From the sequence record NC_049823.1: a DNA stretch of 50,971 bases. One strand, given 5' to 3'. The notes under the pieces were generated by a model that was not told the origin of the DNA, made no database searches, and saw only the letters and a list, made by a program, of their open reading frames with translations. Positions 8,695 to 17,300 of the stretch are shown one piece after another; the first letter of the stretch is position 1, and each line of letters opens with the position of its first letter. A program made the translations under genes and the position numbers. Origin of the DNA: Escherichia phage herni.

Positions 8695-9810
8695 ATGAAG
8701 CAAATCAAAATCACAGATGAACAATTTATCAATGAGCGCAAGCAGGGAAAGACATATAAGCAGATAGCTAATGAGTATGGTATGAACGTTCGCAGCATTG
8801 AGCGACGCGCAGCGCGACTTGCAAAGCAAGGTAAAGTTACAACCATCGGATCACCTGGCTTTGGCGTTACTGGAGAATCAAAGCTAATTGATAAAGATGG
8901 CAATGTGGTTATGACATGGATTAAGACAAGCAAGGACCGCGAGCAGTTAGAAGCATTAATGCAGGCCGCTATGGATGCATTTAGCGAAGAAGTTCCGCGA
9001 CTTGATCCGCAACCAGAATCACAAAAGGATTATAGCGAGACGTTATCACTGTATCCGATCTTTGACATGCACTTGGGCGCAATGGCGCATAAGCATGAAT
9101 GCGGAGAGAATTGGGATACAGCAACAGCAGAGCGCGTAATGAATAATTTCATTGATTATTCTATCCAGTGCGCGCCGGATAGCGAAAAAGCTGTTTTGCT
9201 GATTGGTGGCGATATGCTTCACAGTGACGGACTTGAAGCGGTTACACCTGCAAGCGGTCACGTATTGGATCAAGATAGTCGATACGCAAAACTTGTTTAT
9301 GTTGCCATCCGGTCAGTGCGTCGAGCAATCACAAAGCTGTTATCAAAACATAAAAACGTAGAGATTCAGATAATTGAAGGCAACCACGACCAAAGCGGCA
9401 TGATCTGGTTGCGCGCAGCAATGGCGGCAGCATATGAGAATGAGCCGCGAGTGCATGTTGATGTGTCTCCGCGAGTGGTTCATCACACACAATATGGCAA
9501 AACATTCCTGGCATACCATCATGGGCACACTATCCGCAAGCCTGAAACATTGCTCATGATGTGTGCGGCAGACTGGCGCGAAGACTTCGGAAATTCAAAA
9601 ATGATGTATGCTCACGTAGGGCACTGGCATCATCAGACAGTAACTGAAACAAGCCTGGGCATTGTTGAAGTGCATAGCACTATGGCGGCAAAAGATGCAT
9701 ATGCGGCGCGCGGTGGATGGCGTTCTCGACGCCGTGCGGCTGTTATTGTTTACGATGAAGAATACGGAGAGGTAGGGCGATTTATGCATTATCCAGAAAT
9801 GGCTTATTGA
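8695..9810 (+). CDS. HTH domain fused to calcineurin-like metallophosphoesterase
   Basis: N-terminal HTH (KTYKQIANEYGMNVRSIERRAARL); phosphoesterase motifs FDMHLG, GGDMLHSDG, EGNHDQ, GHWHHQ; AAGGAGA Shine-Dalgarno. Confidence 0.7.
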   Translation: MKQIKITDEQFINERKQGKTYKQIANEYGMNVRSIERRAARLAKQGKVTTIGSPGFGVTGESKLIDKDGNVVMTWIKTSKDREQLEALMQAAMDAFSEEVPRLDPQPESQKDYSETLSLYPIFDMHLGAMAHKHECGENWDTATAERVMNNFIDYSIQCAPDSEKAVLLIGGDMLHSDGLEAVTPASGHVLDQDSRYAKLVYVAIRSVRRAITKLLSKHKNVEIQIIEGNHDQSGMIWLRAAMAAAYENEPRVHVDVSPRVVHHTQYGKTFLAYHHGHTIRKPETLLMMCAADWREDFGNSKMMYAHVGHWHHQTVTETSLGIVEVHSTMAAKDAYAARGGWRSRRRAAVIVYDEEYGEVGRFMHYPEMAY

Positions 9811-9853
9811 ACTTTTAATCATTAAAATATAAATATAAATCATAAATTTAATT

Positions 9854-9884
9854 GGGCGTGGCATTTTGCTTCGCCCTTTTTTTA
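9854..9884 (+). terminator. rho-independent terminator
   Basis: Hairpin GGGCG-n13-CGCCC followed by TTTTTTTATT. Confidence 0.6.
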
Positions 9885-9956
9885 TTCCTTTTTGTGCGTT
9901 CAATGGTTAGGATACAATCAATTAATTGTTGACTTTTATCTACAGGAGATCTAATC

Positions 9957-10172
9957 ATGAAAGATTTTTTAAACGCTGCAACTTCCGGCACTGGCGGAGC
10001 GTCAATCACTGGCGCGGTAACTGGTCAAACAACTATTGCAATAGCCAGCTTCGTTTTGATGGCTGCATTTGGTATGTGGGGCGCTTATCTTCGCTGGCGT
10101 GATAGTAAGGCGCTACGTGACGCGCTTGAATGCGGTGATATTAAGAAAGCTATTGAGATCAGAGGTAAATAA
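9957..10172 (+). CDS. holin (likely pinholin partner of the SAR endolysin)
   Basis: 71 aa, hydrophobic segment [21 protein letters not shown], charged C-terminus; immediately upstream of and overlapping the endolysin start. Confidence 0.6.
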   Translation: MKDFLNAATSGTGGASITGAVTGQTTIAIASFVLMAAFGMWGAYLRWRDSKALRDALECGDIKKAIEIRGK

Positions 10173-10660
10173 TGAGTATAAAACAAAGAGTGACCGCTGC
10201 GGCTTTTGGCGTTGCTCTTGCCCTTACTTCTCCGCTACTGGAGGAAATAGAAGGAGTAAAACATAAGCCGTACAAAGATATTGCTGGGGTATGGACGGTT
10301 TGCGCCGGAATAACTGGCCCTGACGTAATACAAGGCAAAACGTACACACAAAGAGAGTGCGATGCACTACTGGCGAAGCATATCAAGATCGCAAAGGATG
10401 AAGTTGATAAGCGTGTAAAGGTTGACATTCCTGATACAATGCGCGCAGCAATGTATTCATTCACATACAATGCTGGAACTGGAGCTTTTAGAAATTCAAC
10501 CATGCTTAAGCTGATTAATAACGGTCGTTATATGGAAGCGTGCGATCAGTTATGGAGATGGACAAAATACACCAATCCAAAAACAGGAAAGAAAGAAACG
10601 TCTAAAGGACTGCGCAACCGCCGCGCGGTGGAATTTAAATATTGCATTAAGGATCTGTAA
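10172..10660 (+). CDS. SAR endolysin (T4-type lysozyme fold with signal-anchor-release N-terminus)
   Basis: Weakly hydrophobic Gly/Ala-rich N-terminal segment [17 protein letters not shown] followed by E-x8-D-x5-T catalytic spacing ([19 protein letters not shown]). Confidence 0.8.
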   Translation: MSIKQRVTAAAFGVALALTSPLLEEIEGVKHKPYKDIAGVWTVCAGITGPDVIQGKTYTQRECDALLAKHIKIAKDEVDKRVKVDIPDTMRAAMYSFTYNAGTGAFRNSTMLKLINNGRYMEACDQLWRWTKYTNPKTGKKETSKGLRNRRAVEFKYCIKDL

Positions 10661-10662
10661 TT

Positions 10663-11061
10663 ATGCGAAAGTTATCAATAATCGCTATCGCTGTTATTTT
10701 GTCTGGATGTTCAAGCGTTACGCCACTGACCGGATTAATAGGTAGCAAGCCGGAAATCACAGCACAGGCAGGATCGGAGAACGTAAAGCAGGCCGTTGGC
10801 GTTACCGCAAAGCAGGACACCAGCACAAAACAGGAAACTACAATAAAGGAATCTGCGGTTGATAAGGTGGACACTTCCAGCAAGAAGGATTTCACTACGT
10901 CAACCATTCATGCAAACACCATCAAGGCTGATAAAATCCAGGTTGTGCAGGGTGAGCAAAGGAAGTGGTACGATCCTATAATCTATTGCGCTGCAATTTT
11001 CAGTGGTCTTTTGTCAATGCTTTACTTTTCCTACCGCAAAGGCAACGAAAAGGAGGCTTAA
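10663..11061 (+). CDS. unimolecular spanin (outer-membrane lipoprotein with C-terminal transmembrane helix)
   Basis: Lipobox LSGC at N-terminus, Thr/Lys-rich linker, C-terminal helix IIYCAAIFSGLLSMLYF; architecture of the T1 gp11 class. Confidence 0.65.
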   Translation: MRKLSIIAIAVILSGCSSVTPLTGLIGSKPEITAQAGSENVKQAVGVTAKQDTSTKQETTIKESAVDKVDTSSKKDFTTSTIHANTIKADKIQVVQGEQRKWYDPIIYCAAIFSGLLSMLYFSYRKGNEKEA

Positions 11062-11077
11062 CGCCTCCTTTGTTTTA
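11052..11077. terminator. bidirectional rho-independent terminator between convergent lysis and leftward genes
   Basis: Hairpin GGAGGC-ttaac-GCCTCC flanked by T-runs on both strands. Confidence 0.55.
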
Positions 11078-11311
11078 TAGTGAATCCATCAAATCTTGAA
11101 AGCTGTTTCCGCTATAATCATTCTCTACAAGAATGTAAGCACCTTTCTTCTTTATATCCCATAACATTTCATTGTATTCGTAACGATTTATTTCAAACGT
11201 GCTGCCATCTTCTCTTGTCGCAGTTCCTTTGTCATTGAAAACATCAAAAGTTACATTGATGATTTTTGTCTCTTTCTTTGTTACTTTGATAGCCATTTTT
11301 AAAATCCTCAT
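11075..11311 (-). CDS. hypothetical protein (78 aa)
   Basis: ORF track; GAGGA Shine-Dalgarno upstream of ATG 11311. Confidence 0.5.
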   Translation of the reverse strand: MRILKMAIKVTKKETKIINVTFDVFNDKGTATREDGSTFEINRYEYNEMLWDIKKKGAYILVENDYSGNSFQDLMDSL

Positions 11312-11355
11312 ATTCGTTCCGATGAAACAAATATACCCGATACGAGATCGGGAGT

Positions 11356-11375
11356 TTTAACAAAAAGTGCTATTC
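11356..11375 (-). promoter_or_regulatory. conserved intergenic motif (minus orientation), hairpin, TATATT
   Basis: Reverse complement of AAATAGCACTTTTTGTTAAAA; contains the stop of the upstream minus gene. Confidence 0.4.
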
Positions 11376-11564
11376 GATACGCTTTACAGTAACCAACAAA
11401 ACGCCGTCCTCATCACACAAATTATGCTCTGATATGTTAAACGCTCGCATGTCAGAATGAATTAGCGTTAACATTGCGTGCATGAAGTCTTCATGTGAGA
11501 TTGAACTTACGGCGCAGAACTTCAATATTTTGTCTATTAGCATTTGACGTAAACAGTTCTTCAT
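11370..11564 (-). CDS. hypothetical protein; start uncertain
   Basis: ORF track; overlaps the upstream gene by about 70 nt unless it starts at an internal Met (MHAMLTL, 11474). Confidence 0.3.
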   Translation of the reverse strand: MKNCLRQMLIDKILKFCAVSSISHEDFMHAMLTLIHSDMRAFNISEHNLCDEDGVLLVTVKRIE

Positions 11565-11883
11565 CGCTCATTTCTCCGATCCGTAAAACATCCCTAACCC
11601 ATTCGTTTTGCATACCTTCCAGGCTGTAAAGTTCAAACGAGAAAGGGCGATTTGCGGATCCTTTCTTACACCAGAACTTTCCACCAACTCCATCAAGATA
11701 ACCAGCTGTCATCATTCTTGCGCAAAACTCTTTTGAAACGGCAGTAGCAAACATTCTCGGCGTAAATCCTGCGGCCCTTGCGAGCCGCTCACATTCTCTA
11801 TGCTGAAAGATAAATTTTGCTATATGTTGACGCGTAAACCATTCGAATGACTCACACCAGCGATACAGATCCAGAAGAAACAT
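11491..11883 (-). CDS. hypothetical protein (130 aa)
   Basis: ORF track; start overlaps the stop of the upstream ATPase gene (TAATTATG). Confidence 0.45.
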   Translation of the reverse strand: MFLLDLYRWCESFEWFTRQHIAKFIFQHRECERLARAAGFTPRMFATAVSKEFCARMMTAGYLDGVGGKFWCKKGSANRPFSFELYSLEGMQNEWVRDVLRIGEMSDEELFTSNANRQNIEVLRRKFNLT

Positions 11884-11885
11884 AA

Positions 11886-13470
11886 TTACCCCAGCAATGT
11901 TGGATTTACAAAAACAACGCCATTAATCACACAAATATAATTTCTTTCTTCAAGCATCGGCAGCAGTTGCGTTTCCATACGCTTCATTACGCCAGCCTGG
12001 CCAACAAACGGCTTAACTTTTCGTGCAGCCTCATATATGGCGCGAACATTCAAGATCCCATTGTTAGCCTTACCGTGTCGAGTGATAATCTCGATTAGTT
12101 TACCCATTTCAGCATCATCACCAGCATAGCCAGAAGCGTTGGCGGAGCTAATGTATGTTTTGCTCAACTCGCTAAACATCAGCAGTGCTTCTTGAACGGT
12201 TTCAACTTCAATCTCTTTCGACTTCTGAGGGTATCCACCAGGATTAAACCAGTCGCGGATAGTGTGCAAAACCGAAGCAATCCTGATCACCTGCTTATCC
12301 ATTTTGCCAAGAGCACCGCGCAGCATTGTATGCGAATACTTTCCGCCATCAGCAAGGTGCGGCTCCATCTCCTGACGAGCCATGTTAAGAACTCGCATTG
12401 CGGATTTGCTGATCTTAAGCTGGATGTTTGATTCACTCATGATGTTATGGATCAGCTTAAAATATTGACTTTTCAGTTCTCCATCAACAGGCTCATAAGT
12501 AGAATCACCGTTATCATCAACAAACTTTCGACGACCTAAAAATGATTCCTCACGCACAAGCAAATAACGCTCACTCACACCGATACCGCGCGATCCTGCA
12601 TCCATGATGGCATTGATTGTTTCATCCTGGGCAATCACCGCCATACAGCCAAGAGCTTTAAAACTCATATTGTTGTCAGCGTTTGCACGAGCTATAGAAA
12701 CATGACCATGATCCCATGCTTTCAGCACAAGTTCGCTGTTGGTTTTACGTTCGCTATTAGCATATGTCAGACCTAAAAGGCTGTTAATACTCGTTGCCTC
12801 GTCTGAAATCACAGCAAAGTTACCCTGGCGATTGTTGATTCTTGCAAGTCCTTCCGGCGTGGTGTCGGACACAGGGAAAACAATGTCACACATCTTTTCC
12901 AATTTTTCTTCCAGATCTTCTTTCTCCTGGTACAGAGATTCCATATCAGCGCCGGAGCGCTCGCTTTTCATCTCTTTTGCAAGACCTGCCAACTTTGCCT
13001 GAATCTTTTTTCTTTCCTTCTTTCGCTGATCGTTAATTCTTTCCACTTCTGCAACCATTGGAGCAAGTGCCAGGCTGTTAACGGCAGATTTACCAGTTGA
13101 AGGAGGCTGACTTGTGACAACATAAAGAGCGGTCGGCTGATCCGTTCCGTGATACTCAACCGTGAAGCGTCCAAGCATTGCAGCAGACACGCAGCCGATA
13201 AAATGCATATATGCCGATGATTCAGGGAACTGAACTGAGCGAGCAATGTTGCGCGCCAACTTACCAACAACATCAACATCATTGCCAAGAGAAATTACAG
13301 GGTAGCGATCATTTCCGTTATTAACATCATTAACCTCACCCCAAAAGCTGGACGATTGACGGTATCCGTTTGCCTGAATGGACACGCGCACCGGAGACAA
13401 TCCTTGTGCATCAGCTAATTCGATAATTTGTTTTGGTGTTAGTTTGTTGGTTTCAAACGAAAAATTCATT
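11886..13470 (-). CDS. P-loop ATPase, DnaB/DUF3987-like (possible helicase or primase-associated)
   Basis: Walker A QPPSTGKSAV resembling the DnaB H1 motif, Walker B-like AVISDEA; start at MNFSFETNKL (ATG 13470, AAGGAG Shine-Dalgarno). Confidence 0.55.
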
Positions 13471-13524
13471 GATGATAACTCCTTTTTTTGATGCGGCAAT
13501 AATACCGCACCAATGCTACCCGCA

Positions 13525-13544
13525 TTTAACAAAAAATGCTATTT
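13525..13544 (-). promoter_or_regulatory. conserved intergenic motif (minus orientation)
   Basis: TTTAACAAAAAATGCTATTT; contains the TAG stop of the gene ending at 13539. Confidence 0.4.
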
Positions 13545-13760
13545 GATCCGCTCTATGCTAACTAAGATTTTTTCTGGTTCCCTTGCGCTATGGCAATGCG
13601 CGGTTACGGAATCAGCAAAATCAAAATAAAGTGATTTGTGGTAAGAAAGACCAATCAGCCATCCAACCATCGTTTTCTTTATTGGCCTGACTATATCGCC
13701 AGGCTTGAAGGTTTTTGTTGCTGAATGAGTCACCTTATAGCGATATTCAGCCTTGATCAC
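13539..13760 (-). CDS. hypothetical protein (73 aa)
   Basis: ORF track; start overlaps the upstream stop. Confidence 0.45.
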   Translation of the reverse strand: MIKAEYRYKVTHSATKTFKPGDIVRPIKKTMVGWLIGLSYHKSLYFDFADSVTAHCHSAREPEKILVSIERIK

Positions 13761-14143
13761 TTATACATAGCCTCAAATAAATGACAGCCACCAGCGGAAA
13801 ATCCTACTTCTTCGCGGTATAGCGTCCAGCGGTCGCCAGCTTCATCAAAAACATAACCAGCAACAGCACCAAGCGCGCGACCTTGCTCAATCTGGTAGCG
13901 CTTTCCTTCTTTGAAATGCTTTTTGCACGGGATCTTGTGATCTACAAATGTGCATTTAATTGTTTTTGTCTTGATATGACGATAGTCAGACTCAACAGCG
14001 TTTTGCCACTTGCTACCCTTTGTAATGCTCTTTACCTGGAATTGTTCCAACTCGATCACATCATCGCTACCAGCAATTTTTTCGTATACAGCTTTATAAC
14101 GACCGTTCATCAAAACGTTGGTTTTATTGCAGATAACTTTCAT
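13757..14143 (-). CDS. hypothetical protein (128 aa)
   Basis: ORF track; AAGGAGA Shine-Dalgarno upstream of ATG 14143. Confidence 0.5.
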   Translation of the reverse strand: MKVICNKTNVLMNGRYKAVYEKIAGSDDVIELEQFQVKSITKGSKWQNAVESDYRHIKTKTIKCTFVDHKIPCKKHFKEGKRYQIEQGRALGAVAGYVFDEAGDRWTLYREEVGFSAGGCHLFEAMYK

Positions 14144-14199
14144 CGTTTATTTCTCCTTTCGTTTCGGTGAAGTGATTATGCCAGGCTTTTACACCTGGC

Positions 14200-14220
14200 T
14201 TTTAACAAAAAGTGCTATTT
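14200..14220 (-). promoter_or_regulatory. conserved intergenic motif (minus orientation) with hairpin GCCAGG-n7-CCTGGC and ATAAT
   Basis: TTTTAACAAAAAGTGCTATTT; contains the stop of the methyltransferase gene. Confidence 0.45.
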
Positions 14221-14925
14221 TGCGTTTGCTTCAAAGACGGCGCGAGCAAAACCGCGCGGTGTGAGGGAGCGGATCATCTTTGTGCGAGACGATTTTCCGC
14301 CAGTTTTGGCCCAACCAGGATTATCCTTGTCGCCATCTTTAGGAATGATTGTTGCGCGCGGAGGAATAACAAATCCGTTTCCAGTCCAAAGGCATGTTTT
14401 CTTAAAGTACCGATCCCGTGCCGGAATAATATCAGGAAAGTCGGGATGTTTATCATCTTCCGGCAGATAGCCAGCATAATCGCACGGATGGAACGTATAA
14501 TCAGGCTTGCGCCATAGCGTTGACAGCTTGCCTACAGGATTCTCTATCATGTACGGAACACCGAAATAATCAGCAATTTGCGCCGCTATTTTGCAAGTGT
14601 CGGCGGCTTCATCCTGGAACGATGGATTCTCAATGCGTTTTTTAGCCCAATGGCGAGATCCGCTATTTGCAAGGTCAGTGCATGGAGGGAACGCCATAAT
14701 AAAATCAGGCTTACCCCAATTTTCAAGTTTTGCGGTATATTTGAATAGATCATCAATCCACGCGTTAACGTAAAAGATATTGTCATGGATTATGCGCACT
14801 GAGTGGTAATCACCGTGATCAGCATCATCGTAATTAAAGCAAATGCATTTATATCCAGCATCAGCCCAATCTTTAACGGCTTTACCAGATCCATCAAACA
14901 AAGAGAAAATTAAACCCTTATACAT
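14215..14925 (-). CDS. putative DNA cytosine-5 methyltransferase
   Basis: Motif I-like FSLFDGSG, motif IV-like FPPCTDLANSG (PC dipeptide), motif VI-like IENPVG; GAGGTGA Shine-Dalgarno. Confidence 0.55.
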   Translation of the reverse strand: MYKGLIFSLFDGSGKAVKDWADAGYKCICFNYDDADHGDYHSVRIIHDNIFYVNAWIDDLFKYTAKLENWGKPDFIMAFPPCTDLANSGSRHWAKKRIENPSFQDEAADTCKIAAQIADYFGVPYMIENPVGKLSTLWRKPDYTFHPCDYAGYLPEDDKHPDFPDIIPARDRYFKKTCLWTGNGFVIPPRATIIPKDGDKDNPGWAKTGGKSSRTKMIRSLTPRGFARAVFEANAK

Positions 14926-14934
14926 TTCATCACC

Positions 14935-15159
14935 TCAAAACGGAAAGCATCGCGGACAGTTAGGATCAAAATTGCAGCCGCAATCATTAACAATCATCGT
15001 TGGATCTGCAAATGCAGCACCGCATTCATGTTCCATATCCATTTCACCCAACGCATCATCAAGTGTCCTGATCTTATATGCAACTTCAAGAGCAGCCTCT
15101 TTATTCAGCCCAGCATCTTCCGCTTTTTGCAGTCGCTCAAAAAATCCGTCCTGGCTCAT
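14935..15159 (-). CDS. small Cys-rich hypothetical protein (possible zinc binding)
   Basis: ORF track; C-terminal CGCNFDPNCPRC cluster. Confidence 0.45.
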   Translation of the reverse strand: MSQDGFFERLQKAEDAGLNKEAALEVAYKIRTLDDALGEMDMEHECGAAFADPTMIVNDCGCNFDPNCPRCFPF

Positions 15160-15269
15160 TTCATAAGCTCCTTGATAACAATCAGAATAGTAGCAATAAC
15201 AGCAGTGACAACTAAAAGACCAGCAAGGCTCATCATCACACCAAATAAAATATCAAGAAATTTCGTCAT
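15156..15269 (-). CDS. possible 37-aa single-pass membrane protein
   Basis: MTKFLDILFGVMMSLAGLLVVTAVIATILIVIKELMK; AGGTGA Shine-Dalgarno; stop overlaps the next start (ATGA). Confidence 0.35.
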   Translation of the reverse strand: MTKFLDILFGVMMSLAGLLVVTAVIATILIVIKELMK

Positions 15270-15315
15270 TATTATCACCTTTATTTAAAGGGAGGCGAAA
15301 CCTCCCGTTTATTAA

Positions 15316-15543
15316 TTAGATAGCCTTCCAACTTTCAATGAACATGCTGTTCTCTTCAAGAAGTTTAATCAATTCTTCGCGCGTATATTTGCGGATTTTA
15401 CTACCTGGATGCGAGCCAACAACAAACACACCTTTACCGCTCGTGATTGTTAACTGGTTGATTCCGCAAGATTTATCCATCTTAATGGCGACGCGGTGAT
15501 GTGCATCAACAGTGTGCATGATGTTAGTGATTTTGGCTTTCAT
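15316..15543 (-). CDS. hypothetical protein (75 aa)
   Basis: ORF track; GAGGAT Shine-Dalgarno. Confidence 0.5.
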   Translation of the reverse strand: MKAKITNIMHTVDAHHRVAIKMDKSCGINQLTITSGKGVFVVGSHPGSKIRKYTREELIKLLEENSMFIESWKAI

Positions 15544-15717
15544 TATGCAATCCTCATTATATTTGGTGTGGTAACTATATCAGGTTTGAGAAATATTGTT
15601 TAGCAATTTGTGCTATCAGTTGAAATAGCTATGGCGATTTGCTCGCTTTCCGTCTCCGCCATAATGATCATTAGAAACGGGAATCATCCAGGAATTATGA
15701 AATATTATTAGTCTCAT

Positions 15718-15999
15718 CTAATTAATGCCAACAACGTTAAAACTTACAGCTTTTGTTGCGCTAAACACATACGCTTCAACAGCCTCACCAAATACACGAA
15801 TTTTTCCCTGGCCGTACTGCGCATTCATATTGCGCCAAACCGTCCTGTTAGAACAGAACGCGCTACCAGTCTTGATAAGATTATCCATCTCTTTCCTTAG
15901 ATCATGATAATCAAGCCAGAATCTATAAGCGCGTTGTTTAATGAGTTGTGCCTTGATTGTTTCAGTTGAGTTTTTAAAATCGCTGTTTGTGTAGGACAT
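15718..15999 (-). CDS. hypothetical protein (93 aa)
   Basis: ORF track; GGAGG Shine-Dalgarno; start overlaps the upstream stop. Confidence 0.5.
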   Translation of the reverse strand: MSYTNSDFKNSTETIKAQLIKQRAYRFWLDYHDLRKEMDNLIKTGSAFCSNRTVWRNMNAQYGQGKIRVFGEAVEAYVFSATKAVSFNVVGIN

Positions 16000-16193
16000 T
16001 ACACAACCTCCATAAAAGTATTGAATCCACGCAGTTTGAAAGCATTGCCATGTTTAACAACGTTCCATGTCAGGCCGGAGTGATACGCAACCATATCCTC
16101 AAGATCAATGGTGATGATAGCGCCTTTCTTAAAGATTCCTTTCTCGTGAGTGGTGTCACGCTGTACAACTTTAACATCAACTTGATTTTCCAT
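15999..16193 (-). CDS. hypothetical protein (64 aa)
   Basis: Start at MENQVDVK (ATG 16193, GAGGAT Shine-Dalgarno); the track start 16244 reads through the promoter-like motif. Confidence 0.45.
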   Translation of the reverse strand: MENQVDVKVVQRDTTHEKGIFKKGAIITIDLEDMVAYHSGLTWNVVKHGNAFKLRGFNTFMEVV

Positions 16194-16248
16194 CTTTAAA
16201 TCCTCGTTCGTTGTCGATGGATGTAATATACCATTCAGGCGCATAACG

Positions 16249-16269
16249 TTTTTAACAAAAAGTGCTATT
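16249..16269 (-). promoter_or_regulatory. conserved intergenic motif (minus orientation)
   Basis: TTTTTAACAAAAAGTGCTATT; contains the stop of the gene ending at 16265. Confidence 0.4.
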
Positions 16270-16555
16270 CAACAACAGATCCAGTTAAAGAGATAAGTGC
16301 CCTTGTGATCTTGTGTCTGCGATACTGACGCGCAACAACCGGAAGATTTTCACCGCTTTGATGACCGAAGCAGATCGGCAACTCACCTTCAAGCGATCGG
16401 AATCCGCCAAATTCAAGATCACGCACAGGCTTTGAGCGCCACGCTTCAATAAATCCGCGTTCGTCACGCGTGATATAGCGGTATATGTTCGGGAGGGGCA
16501 ATTGTATCCCCTCAAAATCCACTGTATCGGTATAGCTGTAAAACTTAGAACTCAT
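16265..16555 (-). CDS. hypothetical protein (96 aa)
   Basis: Start at MSSKFYS (16555), overlapping the stop of a small upstream ORF. Confidence 0.45.
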   Translation of the reverse strand: MSSKFYSYTDTVDFEGIQLPLPNIYRYITRDERGFIEAWRSKPVRDLEFGGFRSLEGELPICFGHQSGENLPVVARQYRRHKITRALISLTGSVVE

Positions 16556-16697
16556 AGTCAACAACTCCAAATTCGTTAACAATTTGCGCCTTATAGAATC
16601 CGCCATTTTTCGCCAGGTTATAACATGCCGCTACAGTTTCAAATTCGCGCACTTCCGGCTGGCTGTTTTCGTGTTCCCAGGTAATCAGAGTAACCAT
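16545..16697 (-). CDS. hypothetical protein (50 aa)
   Basis: MVTLITWEHENSQPEV...; GAGGAT Shine-Dalgarno; not in track (below 60 aa). Confidence 0.35.
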   Translation of the reverse strand: MVTLITWEHENSQPEVREFETVAACYNLAKNGGFYKAQIVNEFGVVDYEF

Positions 16698-16755
16698 TTT
16701 CAAATCCTCGCATTCGTTATCGATGTGTGTAATGTACAGGAATACGAGGATTGAG

Positions 16756-16776
16756 TTTTAACAAAAAGTGCTATTT
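16756..16776 (-). promoter_or_regulatory. conserved intergenic motif (minus orientation)
   Basis: TTTTAACAAAAAGTGCTATTT; contains the stop of the gene ending at 16775. Confidence 0.4.
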
Positions 16777-17041
16777 AGTCCAGGAATTCGATTTCGCGCT
16801 CGCCAGTTAACGGATCTTTAATCCAGAATCCTAGCGCCTCACCGTAAATACCGCCATAGAATCCAAGCGCCGACAGATCTTCACCTTTAACGAATGCCAG
16901 GTTTCCGCTACGGCTTACGTGAGACACGTTAACGATAACCGGAAAGGTGCGATCCTTAAACGCAGGCCGCAGGGCGTAACACCCGTTATTGAGCAAACGT
17001 GCTTTGCGCTTAACTGGAATAGGTGCATTGATTCGCGCCAT
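16775..17041 (-). CDS. hypothetical protein (88 aa)
   Basis: ORF track; AAGGAGA Shine-Dalgarno. Confidence 0.5.
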   Translation of the reverse strand: MARINAPIPVKRKARLLNNGCYALRPAFKDRTFPVIVNVSHVSRSGNLAFVKGEDLSALGFYGGIYGEALGFWIKDPLTGEREIEFLD

Positions 17042-17054
17042 CTTTATTTCTCCT

Positions 17055-17300
17055 TCATTGTTGATCGTGTTTAACTGCCATCAGAATATCACAGGACTCG
17101 TTAATAAATTTTGCCATGCGCTTATCATCACCATCAGGGATTAGCGCGTTAAACTCGCGTTTGCTACTGAACACAGTCACTTTATGGAATGATGCGAACG
17201 GCATCGACGGGAACTCGACTGTTTGCGTCAAGATCCGCAAACCCATCTTTTTGGCCCTTACCTGGGCCTCGGCAAGTTCAAAATCCACTTCACTAATCAT
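17055..17300 (-). CDS. hypothetical protein (81 aa)
   Basis: Start at MISEVDF (17300), overlapping the upstream stop. Confidence 0.45.
   Translation of the reverse strand: MISEVDFELAEAQVRAKKMGLRILTQTVEFPSMPFASFHKVTVFSSKREFNALIPDGDDKRMAKFINESCDILMAVKHDQQ

Noticed and set aside
12968-13288. 106-aa minus-strand ORF in another frame within the DnaB-like ATPase gene
   Set aside because: Overlapping alternative frame inside a larger gene with clear ATPase motifs.
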